Shown here in pieces: positions 51,205-61,103 of a stretch of DNA of 64,000 nucleotides. Source of the DNA: an uncultured Bacilli bacterium. Its GTDB lineage: Bacteria > Bacillota_I > Bacilli_A > RF39 > UBA660. Every line of letters starts with the position of its first letter. Position 1 is the first letter of the stretch. The notes beneath the pieces are model-generated. The model ran no database searches. It was not told the DNA's origin and saw nothing but the letters and a program-made list of their open reading frames with translations. The position numbers and the translations under genes were made by a program. The DNA lies in assembly GCA_944358115.1 (NCBI GenBank), contig CALVQH010000002.1, forward strand, positions 1,353 through 65,352. Reading direction: 5' to 3'.

Positions 51205-51524
51205 AGCAAATCCCCCTTAAATTTGCTACTTACTTTAACATAAAACCATCAAAATGTCAATTATTCTTATTTAAACTATTACTTAAATAGTTAAATGCAA
51301 CTTTTAATTACATATTCTTTAAGAGAGTAAATCTTTTAATACTCTGCTATTAATTATGAGTTATATTATAATATGTCTCTATATTTCACCAAATAATTCC
51401 AATTAAAGTTTTTTGTAGCACTCTCTCATAAGATATTTAAAATAAAAAGCTAGGAATAATTCCTAACTTTAAATAGATAATAAAAATAAAGTACATTCTA
51501 TTATTTTAGCTATAATAGATAAAA

Positions 51525-51812
51525 CTAAATCTCTAATAAATATTCTTTCAAATTTTCACAATACAGTTCTAAAATATGATTATTATCTATTTTTAAATAA
51601 TTCATACCATGTTCATATCGAAATTTTTCTATTTTCTTTTTATCAAGTTCAAAAATCATTTCATATTTTGGTCTGTATCCATTTAATGTGATTGGGGCAA
51701 CTCTAAAAAGTATTCTGTTTATATCTTGAAATAAAAGTAGCCTTTGGGTAGTTATACATATTGCTAAAATATATTCATTATCATCTGCTCGAACTGTGAT
51801 ATCTTCTAACAT
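51525..51812 (-). CDS. hypothetical protein (95 aa)
   Basis: ORF only. Confidence 0.5.
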   Translation of the reverse strand: MLEDITVRADDNEYILAICITTQRLLLFQDINRILFRVAPITLNGYRPKYEMIFELDKKKIEKFRYEHGMNYLKIDNNHILELYCENLKEYLLEI

Positions 51813-51856
51813 GATTAATATTTTTTCACTAGGCTGTAAATCAACAACTTCTAAAT

Positions 51857-52807
51857 TTATAATGTTGCACTAACTCCTTTCATGTTATCAAAATATCCAC
51901 TTATAGTTGAATTATTAAATTTAAACACTCCGCCATAGCCACCACTATTAAATTTAAATTTTAGAGCATCCGAAGAAGAAATCCTTTGTTGAGAATGTTG
52001 ATAAGATGCGTTGACAGTTACTGTACTATTTGGATATGATGCAATATTTCCCATTAAAGTAAAATCATAACCAACATTTTGCCCAACAACTACGATGCCA
52101 ACTCCTCCTTCTGATTCATTACAAACATTTACTGTTGCATATAATTGCATTGCAACTGCTACTCCGCGATAAGAAAGTGGTATTATTTCTTCATGTTTCC
52201 AAGCCGTAGATAATTTGTCAAATTCATAGTTACGTGTAACAGTATTCATATAACCAGCACAAGCCAAATTAGGATTACCAATGTATTCAGTAGCTTTTTG
52301 AATTGCACTAGCTTGAGTAATTCCCATACCATCAACTAAATAAAAACCAAACAAATCGAAACTTTTAACTTTTGGCACCTTTTTCCAATGTAATTTTGCT
52401 ACAGCGACTCTAGCTGTGGGATTAGTTAAATGATTACTTAAAGTTAAAGTTAATTTTTTATAATTTGTTTCATGGCTACTCGCTAAAGGAACAATATCCG
52501 AAGAACCATTATATTCCTCCTCGGTTATTTCTTGAGTTTGAATGTTACTATAACCAGAAGGTGTATATACTTCAACATCTTTAAAATATTTAGTTACTGT
52601 AACTTGTTCTCCAACAACAAAATCTTTATAATCATTAAAGTCACTTTCACTTAAATAGATAATATCATCATCTGTTAAACCTAAATTTTTTAAATTATTA
52701 TATTCATCTGTAGTTAGTTCTCTGTCTATATTAACATTTGTAATTGCATCAACATTTGGTAAATAAATAAAAAACATTAAAATTAATAAAAAAACACTTT
52801 TTTTCAT
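51857..52807 (-). CDS. secreted protein, unknown function (316 aa)
   Basis: Signal peptide MKKSVFLLILMFFIYLPNVDA. No anchor motif seen. Confidence 0.65.
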   Translation of the reverse strand: MKKSVFLLILMFFIYLPNVDAITNVNIDRELTTDEYNNLKNLGLTDDDIIYLSESDFNDYKDFVVGEQVTVTKYFKDVEVYTPSGYSNIQTQEITEEEYNGSSDIVPLASSHETNYKKLTLTLSNHLTNPTARVAVAKLHWKKVPKVKSFDLFGFYLVDGMGITQASAIQKATEYIGNPNLACAGYMNTVTRNYEFDKLSTAWKHEEIIPLSYRGVAVAMQLYATVNVCNESEGGVGIVVVGQNVGYDFTLMGNIASYPNSTVTVNASYQHSQQRISSSDALKFKFNSGGYGGVFKFNNSTISGYFDNMKGVSATL

Positions 52808-52882
52808 CTTTCACATTCCTTTCCAAATATTTTTTATTAACTATTTCATAAATTATTACATAGCTATAACCTCCATTCGTAG

Positions 52883-52981
52883 TTAAAAACTATGTTGGAA
52901 GAAGAATATAAATATGATGAGTACTGCTACTATACCAACTAATATGATTATATCATGCTTTTTTATTAAAGTAAACTTATT
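52883..52981 (-). pseudogene. N-terminal remnant (32 codons, no start codon) of a paralogue of the 5176..6504 gene
   Basis: Own translation NKFTLIKKHDIIILVGIVAVLIIFIFFFQHSF*, against MKFEILKKSHLKRNIIIGVVAVLIISAIVLNF of the intact gene. The DNA shares GTAGCAGTACT. AAT replaces the ATG and a stop lies upstream. Confidence 0.4.
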
Positions 52982-53417
52982 TTATTTCTAAATATTTAAA
53001 TTTATTTTTAGGTAATTTACGTTCTATAAATTCTATTATTTTGTTTGAAAAATAAAATATAGCCACACTAAAATTTTATAGTATTCATACATTCAAATAA
53101 AAAAGTCAAAAATAAAATCAACTCAATATTGATTTTATTAATAGCTTACAAAATATAGTTCCCTACCCACCTACATTGTATAAGAAATACTTAATAATAA
53201 CTAATTGAACTTTTTTGTATATTTATTTTAAAAGCATTTAAAAAGAGCAGTTTGTTTTTTCTTCTTATACTAACCCAATCAAGATATGCAAATTTATGGT
53301 ATGGACTTAAATTTTTAATCTTGATTAATCTTATTATACCACAAAGGTCGGTGTCAATGTCAAAAAACTCAAATATTTTTACAAAAATGTAAAATCATAA
53401 TTAGAGGAAGTGGTATA

Positions 53418-53891
53418 ATGAGAATAAATACTAATATAGGCGAATCACTAAAAAATATACGCAATTATTTTGGATATACTCAACAAGAAATAGCTGATCA
53501 AATTAATATAAAAAGATCTTTATATTCTAATTACGAAACTAATGATTGCTTAATTCCATTAAAAAATTTAATTAAACTAGCTAATTTCTATAAAATTACA
53601 GTTGACTCATTACTCGCATTTACAGATTTAGAAAAAAGCAATAAAGACATTGAATTAAATTCTGAAATAATAAGTAGAAATATTAAAGCTATAAGGCAAG
53701 AATTAAATTTAAGTCAAAAGAAACTAGCAGATTTATTAAATATAGGCAAGAGTACAATCGTTGATTATGAAAAGCAAAAATACCAAATCAGCACCGCTTA
53801 TATTTACGATTTATCACGTCTTTCTGGAATATCAGTAGATTGGATTTTAGGTATTCAAAAAAACAAATATATAATAGCCAAAAACAAATAA
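53418..53891 (+). CDS. double-HTH XRE-family regulator (paralogue 1)
   Basis: 157 aa with two HTH_3 units: LKNIRNYFGYTQQEIADQINIKRSLYSNYE and IKAIRQELNLSQKKLADLLNIGKSTIVDYE. Confidence 0.8.
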   Translation: MRINTNIGESLKNIRNYFGYTQQEIADQINIKRSLYSNYETNDCLIPLKNLIKLANFYKITVDSLLAFTDLEKSNKDIELNSEIISRNIKAIRQELNLSQKKLADLLNIGKSTIVDYEKQKYQISTAYIYDLSRLSGISVDWILGIQKNKYIIAKNK

Positions 53892-53904
53892 ACTCAAAGT
53901 TTTG

Positions 53905-54354
53905 CTATATTAAATTGGCAAGAATTGATAATTCCAAAAGAATATATTTTATCACTTTTACTATATTTTCTTTTGGAATATCATAGTCAATCTTCAATTC
54001 TAAATCCCTTAAAGTAATGGGCAAAACAAGCATTCTATCATTTTTTCCCAAAGCTTTATAGCACAAATCATTTACAATTAACCATACTTCATCAAGTAAG
54101 TCATCCTCCGACTTAGCATCTTCATTATATTGAAAAAACATAATAAGATCTTCACATTCTTTATCCATATTTTCAAAATTTGAAATATCCGCTTTGTTCT
54201 TTATTAATTGTAAGTAAAAATTTATTGCCTCAACTATTTCTTCTAAGGTATAACTTTCCAAAATTTTTTCAAGATAAAATTTTTTTTGAGATTTTAATGA
54301 AAATTTTTTTATCTCATTAAAATTCTTACTCAAGTCCCTCATAATTTTTTCCAT
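53905..54354 (-). CDS. hypothetical protein (149 aa)
   Basis: ORF convergent with XRE paralogue 1. Confidence 0.55.
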   Translation of the reverse strand: MEKIMRDLSKNFNEIKKFSLKSQKKFYLEKILESYTLEEIVEAINFYLQLIKNKADISNFENMDKECEDLIMFFQYNEDAKSEDDLLDEVWLIVNDLCYKALGKNDRMLVLPITLRDLELKIDYDIPKENIVKVIKYILLELSILANLI

Positions 54355-54394
54355 TTAATAAAACTCCTTTATAATTATATATTTTTTATAAAAA

Positions 54395-54769
54395 TTATTT
54401 ATTATTCACAAAATCATCTTCGAAGATTATAATATTTTGAAGAAGCTCTTGTTTTATTATTTTATTTTTTGGTATTGTTGCTCCCTGCTTTTTAGAATAA
54501 AAATAATCAAGCAACTGGTTTAAACAAAGGTTTAATTCTTTTGATAGTCCCTGCTCCCTACAATGGTTAGCAAAATCTTCTAAATAAAATAAACATCTTA
54601 TTGTTTCTTCATTTAAAGAACTTATTTTTGTATTTCCATCTTTAACTTCATTTACTTTAGTTACTATTAATTGATGGTTCTTGTTTTCAATTTTAACTCC
54701 TTTAGTTGTAGCTGAATCAAATATTATAATAGTATCAGATAGTTTCAAATCTAAGCATTTTTCTTCCAT
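54395..54769 (-). CDS. hypothetical protein (124 aa)
   Basis: ORF divergent from XRE paralogue 2. Confidence 0.55.
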   Translation of the reverse strand: MEEKCLDLKLSDTIIIFDSATTKGVKIENKNHQLIVTKVNEVKDGNTKISSLNEETIRCLFYLEDFANHCREQGLSKELNLCLNQLLDYFYSKKQGATIPKNKIIKQELLQNIIIFEDDFVNNK

Positions 54770-54870
54770 TTCTAATCCTCCAATGTATATATTATAACAT
54801 TTAATATCGCATTTGTCTGTATTTGTTAATAATTTTTTTAATAAATGAGAAAATTATCTTGGTGATATAT

Positions 54871-55323
54871 ATGTTTCCAAAGATTAGAGAATTAAGAAAA
54901 AGCAATAATTTAACACAAAAAGATATGGCAAGTAAATTAGAAGTAACGCAACAAACTTATCAAATGTTTGAATCATCAACTAAGATCATCCCATTAAAGC
55001 ATTTAATAAAATTATGTAATTATTATAAAGTATCGCTTAATTATATTAGTGGACTTACTAATACCAATAGTCAAACAAATTTGCACATTAATTTAGATCA
55101 AATAGAAATTGGGAAAAGAATCAAGTTAATCAGATTAAAATGCAATTTATTGCAAATAGATCTTGCGAGATTATTAAACACTTCTCAATCTCAAATTAGT
55201 AGTTATGAACATGGTACAAGACTCATAAGCACTGCTTTTGCATACCAAATATGTAAAACATACAATATATCTTTAGATTGGCTTATAAATGGAACTGGCA
55301 AAGTATTTTTAAATGATAATTAA
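54871..55323 (+). CDS. double-HTH XRE-family regulator (paralogue 2)
   Basis: Start moved to MFPKIRELRK (GGTGA RBS). Two HTH_3 units: IRELRKSNNLTQKDMASKLEVTQQTYQMFE and IKLIRLKCNLLQIDLARLLNTSQSQISSYE. Confidence 0.8.
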   Translation: MFPKIRELRKSNNLTQKDMASKLEVTQQTYQMFESSTKIIPLKHLIKLCNYYKVSLNYISGLTNTNSQTNLHINLDQIEIGKRIKLIRLKCNLLQIDLARLLNTSQSQISSYEHGTRLISTAFAYQICKTYNISLDWLINGTGKVFLNDN

Positions 55324-55363
55324 TAGAAGTTAATTCAAATTGTATAAATAACTTCTATTTTTG
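55324..55363 (+). terminator. Rho-independent terminator after XRE paralogue 2
   Basis: TAGAAGTTA (55324-55332) / TAACTTCTA (55349-55357) followed by T5. Confidence 0.5.
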
Positions 55364-55698
55364 TTTAAAATTAATTATAAATTAAAAATTATGCTTTTAT
55401 AATAATTTTGAAGCAAAATATCATTCCTTAAAACCAAAATACCACATTAAAGATTAAATCAATGATATAATAAATGAGCAAGTATACGTAGTACAATATA
55501 CTTGCTATTAATTTTCAAGGAGTGGTGAAGTTTTCCCCACTCTTATGTTATATATTAGCCCCTAAATATTTCATAGGAACCATATTAATTCTATCATAAG
55601 ATTGTTTCTGTGTCTATATTTTTCTTCTTGTGAATATAATTTTCTTAGAATTGTTATTTAGTAGTATAAAATGTAGTTGTTCCAAAGGAGAAAACAAT

Positions 55699-56166
55699 AT
55701 GCAAATTATTAATACGACAATTCATGAGAGGTTAAAATTTACTAGAATATATTTTGGATATTCCCAAACTGAATTAGCAAAAATGCTTGATGTTAAACAA
55801 AGTGTATATGCTAACTGGGAGTTAAATAAAAGATTAATTCCTTTAAGGCATCTTATATCTTTAGCAAATATTTATCAAATTAATGTAGACTATTTACTTG
55901 CACTAACGGATATACAAATTCATCAAAAACCTATAAATGTAGATAAAGTTATTATAAGTCGCAACTTAAGAATTTTATTATATGAATTAAAAATTAATGT
56001 TAAAACATTTGCCAAAAATCTAAATGTAAGTTGCTCTCCTATTTATAATTATTTAAATTGTAAAAATCTGATACCAACATACGTCTTATATGATATAGCT
56101 CGTAATTATAATATTTCGACGGATTGGATATTAGGTAGAACTTCGCAAAAAAATATATTAAAATAA
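55699..56166 (+). CDS. double-HTH XRE-family regulator (paralogue 3)
   Basis: Start moved to MQIINTTIHE (AAAGGAG RBS). LKFTRIYFGYSQTELAKMLDVKQSVYANWE, plus a second degenerate HTH unit. Confidence 0.75.
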   Translation: MQIINTTIHERLKFTRIYFGYSQTELAKMLDVKQSVYANWELNKRLIPLRHLISLANIYQINVDYLLALTDIQIHQKPINVDKVIISRNLRILLYELKINVKTFAKNLNVSCSPIYNYLNCKNLIPTYVLYDIARNYNISTDWILGRTSQKNILK

Positions 56167-56199
56167 TAAAAGAGCAAAAGCCCTTTTATTTAATAGAGA

Positions 56200-56802
56200 T
56201 TATGAGTAGATTATTTTAGATAATCTTTTTTTGTTACCAGAATAACAACTAATTATAAAATCTAAAACTTCCAACTCCAATTCATCTAATTCACTAAATG
56301 ATTTATCTTTTAAATGTATGCGACATGTTTCCTCTAAAAAAATATTAAAATTAAATATATTCTTATTTAATTTTTTTGAATATTTTTTTACACACATGAT
56401 GACTTCAATCTCATATTGAAATTGTTTCTCCATAACTAACTTATATATAATAGCAGCTACAAAATTTAGATCAAATTCAGGACTGATAAAAAGATAAGCA
56501 ACTAAGTCTTGGCTCAGTAATTCTAAACTAAAAATCATATTAAATAAAAAATCTAGGCCTGCTTTATTAAAAAAAGCCACAAAAGAATCAATAATAAATT
56601 TTTCAAATTCTTTAGTAAGTTCTTGTTTAGTTAGCACATAAATTTCAGTTAAATCTTTCCACATACTATATGAACTAATTAGATTGTACTTTTGCATATT
56701 ATACATTATTTTAATTCCTTTTTCTAAAGCTTCTAAGTTAAAGTCGTTATACTTTAAAAAAATAAAATCTTTAATCAATTGTTGTTCTTTTCTTAATTTC
56801 AT
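56200..56802 (-). CDS. hypothetical protein (200 aa)
   Basis: ORF convergent with XRE paralogue 3. Confidence 0.55.
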   Translation of the reverse strand: MKLRKEQQLIKDFIFLKYNDFNLEALEKGIKIMYNMQKYNLISSYSMWKDLTEIYVLTKQELTKEFEKFIIDSFVAFFNKAGLDFLFNMIFSLELLSQDLVAYLFISPEFDLNFVAAIIYKLVMEKQFQYEIEVIMCVKKYSKKLNKNIFNFNIFLEETCRIHLKDKSFSELDELELEVLDFIISCYSGNKKRLSKIIYS

Positions 56803-56830
56803 AATAATCCTCCTTTCCAGGAAGATATTA

Positions 56831-56866
56831 TATAAAAAAGATTGTAAAATTCATTATACAATCTTT
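56831..56866 (-). terminator. Rho-independent terminator of the ABC-F/APH operon
   Basis: AAAGATTGTA (56837-56846) / TACAATCTTT (56857-56866), followed by a T-run on the minus strand. Confidence 0.55.
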
Positions 56867-57642
56867 TATAAATACAATTCCATCATTAATAAATAGTAGG
56901 TTATTTTAAAATCATCTCGTTTTATATTCAAAACCTCATAAAACTTATTTACATATTCCTGCCCATAGTTTCTTAAAATAGATTTTTCACATATAGCTAA
57001 ATCAAACCATTTATCTGCTATACCACTCTCACCCACATCAATAAAGCCAGAAAACTTATCTTTGATGGCAAATATATTAGGCAAACTAGTATCTCCATGT
57101 GAAAAAACTAATTCTTCTGGAAAACGATTACTTTGCAAATATTGTAATAAATTTTGTACTGTTCCGAACCTTTTTCTTGTTTCTGGACTTAGAGATAAAT
57201 TATTTACTAATCCTTTACTTACATTATTTTCAATTAGAGATAACTTATATTCATTTGAAACATCAAATGGACAATTTGATATATCTACAGAAAATATATT
57301 TTGAAAAGCATCTTTTAAAACTAGTATAGCAATATCAGGATTATTTATATAATATTCATCACACAACATTTTTCCTGGCATTTCCTCCGTAATTAAATAA
57401 TCATTTCCATACTCTTGAACAAAGTCAATTATTTTAGGTACTGGTAATTTTGTAGATAACCACATCAACTTTTTATATTCCTGAAGCAATTTATTTTCTT
57501 TCATTATTTTTAAATAAAAAGTTTTATTCTCTTTTTTTATTCTAACAACTTGTGAATCAGAACAACCTATACTTATTTCTTTTAACTCTGAATCATTTAT
57601 AATTTTTTTTATTGTAATTGGCAACGGATATTTAAAACTCAT
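56866..57642 (-). CDS. aminoglycoside 3'-phosphotransferase-like kinase (APH(3') family)
   Basis: 258 aa. FSHGDTSLPNIF (HGDxxxxN catalytic loop) and SGFIDVGESGIADKWFDLAICEKSI are collinear with the APH(3')-III motifs FSHGDLGDSNIF...SGFIDLGRSGRADKWYDIAFCVRSI. Confidence 0.8.
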   Translation of the reverse strand: MSFKYPLPITIKKIINDSELKEISIGCSDSQVVRIKKENKTFYLKIMKENKLLQEYKKLMWLSTKLPVPKIIDFVQEYGNDYLITEEMPGKMLCDEYYINNPDIAILVLKDAFQNIFSVDISNCPFDVSNEYKLSLIENNVSKGLVNNLSLSPETRKRFGTVQNLLQYLQSNRFPEELVFSHGDTSLPNIFAIKDKFSGFIDVGESGIADKWFDLAICEKSILRNYGQEYVNKFYEVLNIKRDDFKITYYLLMMELYL

Positions 57643-57643
57643 T

Positions 57644-59311
57644 TTATTTCCTACCCTTTAAATTAGTATCATTGTTCAGAGATAATGTTCTTGATTTTTG
57701 TTCTTTATAATAATCATAATTTCCTAAATAATTAACAAAATGCTGATCTTCAATATTTTCAATTCTTTCAGCTAATTGATTAATAAAATATCTATCATGT
57801 GATATAAAGAATAATGTTCCTTCATATTCTTTTAGTGCCTCTTCTAACATCTCTTTAGTATCTATATCTATATGGTTTGTCGGTTCATCTAATATTAATA
57901 AATTAGCTTTCTTTTGGATTAATTCAAATAACTTTAATCTCACTTTTTCTCCACCAGATAATGATCCAACTCTTTTAAATACATTTTCACCATAGAATAA
58001 AAATTTGGCTAGAGAAGCTCTTAAATGAGTTTCTGTTCCATCAAATGCTTTTCTAGCAACATCTAATACTGTTGCACTTTCATTTTCAAATTTAATTTCT
58101 TGTGGAATATATCCAATAGAAACTCTACTTCCGATCTTTATTTCACCCTGACAAATAAAATCCGAATTAGGATCCAAAACTGCCTTTATAAAAGTAGATT
58201 TTCCAGCACCGTTCTTTCCCATTAAGCAAACTTTTTCACCATATCTTAATGACATTTCAGCACCATCTAATAATACTTTATCACCAGCAACCAGCCCTAA
58301 GTCATCTACTACCAAAACATCTTTACCAGATCTCCCTTGAATTTCAAAATCCAAAGGTAATGTTTTCTTGGTTTCTGGTTTATCCAACATTTCCATCTTT
58401 TCTAGTCGTCTTTCAATACAAGCTGCACGTCTAAAAAATCTTGGATTGTCGCCTTGAGTTCCCCACTCTCTTAATTTTTTTACCGTATTTTTCATTGCTT
58501 CAATTTGCTTTTGCTGATTTTTATATTCTTCAAACTCTGCTAAAGCTCTTCTTTCACTTTCTTGCAAATAATACGTATAATTTCCATGATAAACATCAGC
58601 TTTTCCCTTATCAATAAATATGGTCTTTGTAGCCACTTTATCCAAGAAATATCTGTCATGTGAACTAATAATTATTGTTCCTTTATAACTAGTTAAAAAA
58701 TGTTCAAACCATTCTAAAGTGTCAATATCCAAATGATTTGTAGGCTCATCCAATAAAAGGATATCAGGATTGCTAATAATTAGGGAGGCTAAATTAACAA
58801 TTGTTTTTTCACCACCTGAAAGGGTGTTAAAAGTTCTACTCAACATTTCATCAGAGATTTTAAATCCATTACAAATTTTACTTACTTTTTCATCGATTTC
58901 ATATCCACCCATTTCTTGAAAATAGTCTTGTAATTTTCCATAAGATGTTAGTATGGAATCCATTTTATCTGGTGAAATCGTAGCTAATTTCTGTTCGCAT
59001 TCTCTCATTTTCTTTTCAACTTCAAATAATTTTTGAAAATCTTTCACTAATAAATCTTTAACAGTATAGTCATCTGGAACCTTTGGAGGCATCTGAGACA
59101 AAAAACCAATGGTAGCACCTTTTCTTGTTGTAACAATTCCACTGTCTAATTTTTCTTCTCCAACTATTATTTTAAAGATAGTAGTTTTCCCACATCCATT
59201 TGGACCTATTAAAGCAATTCTCTCTCCTGTTGTTGCTTCTAAATCAAAATCATCTAAAACATTTTTAAAACCAAAGCTCTTTTTCGCACCATTTAGTGTA
59301 ACTTCTATCAT
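57644..59311 (-). CDS. ABC-F family ATPase (possible ribosome-protection / antibiotic-resistance type)
   Basis: Start moved to MIEVTLNG (GAGAGGTG RBS). Two NBDs (GPNGCGKTT/LSGGEKT/LLLDEPTNHLD and GKNGAGKST/LSGGEKVR/LILDEPTNHID), no TM domain, and a charged inter-domain linker. The stop lies 1 nt from the APH start. Confidence 0.85.
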   Translation of the reverse strand: MIEVTLNGAKKSFGFKNVLDDFDLEATTGERIALIGPNGCGKTTIFKIIVGEEKLDSGIVTTRKGATIGFLSQMPPKVPDDYTVKDLLVKDFQKLFEVEKKMRECEQKLATISPDKMDSILTSYGKLQDYFQEMGGYEIDEKVSKICNGFKISDEMLSRTFNTLSGGEKTIVNLASLIISNPDILLLDEPTNHLDIDTLEWFEHFLTSYKGTIIISSHDRYFLDKVATKTIFIDKGKADVYHGNYTYYLQESERRALAEFEEYKNQQKQIEAMKNTVKKLREWGTQGDNPRFFRRAACIERRLEKMEMLDKPETKKTLPLDFEIQGRSGKDVLVVDDLGLVAGDKVLLDGAEMSLRYGEKVCLMGKNGAGKSTFIKAVLDPNSDFICQGEIKIGSRVSIGYIPQEIKFENESATVLDVARKAFDGTETHLRASLAKFLFYGENVFKRVGSLSGGEKVRLKLFELIQKKANLLILDEPTNHIDIDTKEMLEEALKEYEGTLFFISHDRYFINQLAERIENIEDQHFVNYLGNYDYYKEQKSRTLSLNNDTNLKGRK

Positions 59312-59353
59312 TTTTTCACCTCTCTCATAAGATTGCTTTTTCAATCGATACAT

Positions 59354-59381
59354 ATTATAACATATTTTATTAAAAAGTTAA
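59354..59381 (-). promoter_or_regulatory. candidate extended -10 promoter for the ABC-F/APH pair
   Basis: The minus strand reads TTAACT-N16-(TGT)TATAAT (-35 at 59381-59376, -10 at 59359-59354), about 40 nt upstream of the ABC-F ATG. Confidence 0.4.
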
Positions 59382-59394
59382 ACTTTATTAACCA

Positions 59395-60378
59395 TTAATT
59401 ATTAATCATTAATTTTTTTAACTTAGATATTTTTGATTTATAGTTAGTATTAGATACTCTAGTCCTTAATAAAATAATATTAGATTTTATTTTACAATTA
59501 TTAATAATAATTGCTTTTGTTTTCACAACTGGTAAAGAATCAACTTCGATTTTATGTGGTAATTGATATTCAATTCCACAAGTATCTAATAGTTTTAAAA
59601 AATAATTGAAATATTGCTCATTTTCTATCCAAATTGGAAACCTATGCCAAGTATTAAGATAATTATTTTGAATAAAATAAATATTCTTATTGTCTTTAAA
59701 TAAATCCATATAATATTTAGCAACTTTCCTTTGTTTATTCACAATTTTATCAGCATTATCCATCAACTTTTTTATATTAATTTTATTACATAACGGATAA
59801 GCATATGAATATAATATATTTTTACCTTCCCTACTAACATTATCGCAAAAATCAATTTTATTTAAAATACTCTCATTGTTTGTCATTATAGCTCCACCAA
59901 TTCCATAAGACAAGGGTTTTGTTTTTCCAAAAGAGGTAACAATATAATCACTATAGTTACCTACTTTGTAATTTTTTTGGCTTATGTCCCATGATTGTGC
60001 TATATCTTCAATTATTTTAATATGGGGATAATTATGTTTGATTTTTGATATATTATTGACTAATCCAAATTGATGAACTAACAGAATACATCCTACTTGA
60101 TATTGTTGTAATACTTGCACTACTTCTTCATTAGTAAATATCATATCTTTTTGAGGATGAATTATTACAGGTGTTAAGCCCAATTTGATAATTGTATTTA
60201 TTATTGAACTACATACTTCACTTGATACTATTACACCAGTATTTTTGGGAAAATTGCAATCTATTAAAGCTAATTCTAAAGCTAATGTCCCCGAATAAGT
60301 TATAACACCTATACTTTTATCGAATTTTTGTGCCAAATATTTGCCCAATTTTAAATTATCATTTCGCAAAACAATCAC
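59395..60378 (-). CDS. DegT/DnrJ/EryC1/StrS-family PLP aminotransferase-like protein (short form)
   Basis: 327 aa with YSGTLALELAL, IIEDIAQSW and TSFGKTKPLSYGIGGAI (PLP-lysine context). Confidence 0.65.
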   Translation of the reverse strand: MIVLRNDNLKLGKYLAQKFDKSIGVITYSGTLALELALIDCNFPKNTGVIVSSEVCSSIINTIIKLGLTPVIIHPQKDMIFTNEEVVQVLQQYQVGCILLVHQFGLVNNISKIKHNYPHIKIIEDIAQSWDISQKNYKVGNYSDYIVTSFGKTKPLSYGIGGAIMTNNESILNKIDFCDNVSREGKNILYSYAYPLCNKINIKKLMDNADKIVNKQRKVAKYYMDLFKDNKNIYFIQNNYLNTWHRFPIWIENEQYFNYFLKLLDTCGIEYQLPHKIEVDSLPVVKTKAIIINNCKIKSNIILLRTRVSNTNYKSKISKLKKLMINN

Positions 60379-61103
60379 CTACTATCTAACTTTACATGAT
60401 ATATATGTTTATGGGTAAAATTCTTGTTTCCATAACCATAATCAATTTTTATAATTTTTAAATTATTATTTTTCAACAATTTATTAAACATTTTCTCGTT
60501 ATGATAATAATATTGCTCAGTTTCTAATAATTGTATCTTTTGTTGTTCTAAATTATAATTAACATTAAATTCAATATATTTATCATATCTTTTAGCAGAA
60601 TAATAAACAGAAACGTTATCTTTAACTTCTTCACTATAATCCTTAAATAAAAGAATATTTTTTTGCTTTTGTTTTGACTCAAAACTCTTAGATATGTCAA
60701 ACAATATTATTGTGTCAGTAGAAATAATCTTTATAAGTTGTTTTAAAATGCGATCAATTTCAATTTCGTTATTTGAAAATTGAATTGTACTATACGGAAA
60801 TACTATCATATCAAAATATTCTTTTGTATCAAAAATCTTTATATCACAACATATAGTTTTTAAATTTTTTGATTTTTCTCTTAATACTTCTAATCTAGCT
60901 TCATCAAAATCTAAAGCAATGACATTTGCAATATCGCTTAAAGGAATAGCTACTCTTCCCGTACCAGCACCAACAATTAATACATTTTTAGAATTGTAAT
61001 GTTTTATTTGATTTTTATAATACTGAATATCATCGTTTTGATCATGTAACATGTGCTTATTATAAAAATCATACATATATGCTAATGATTTCTTTTTATT
61101 CAT
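60375..61103 (-). CDS. class I SAM-dependent methyltransferase
   Basis: 242 aa with motif I VLIVGAGTGRVAIPL. 4-nt overlap with the downstream gene. Confidence 0.75.
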   Translation of the reverse strand: MNKKKSLAYMYDFYNKHMLHDQNDDIQYYKNQIKHYNSKNVLIVGAGTGRVAIPLSDIANVIALDFDEARLEVLREKSKNLKTICCDIKIFDTKEYFDMIVFPYSTIQFSNNEIEIDRILKQLIKIISTDTIILFDISKSFESKQKQKNILLFKDYSEEVKDNVSVYYSAKRYDKYIEFNVNYNLEQQKIQLLETEQYYYHNEKMFNKLLKNNNLKIIKIDYGYGNKNFTHKHIYHVKLDSR

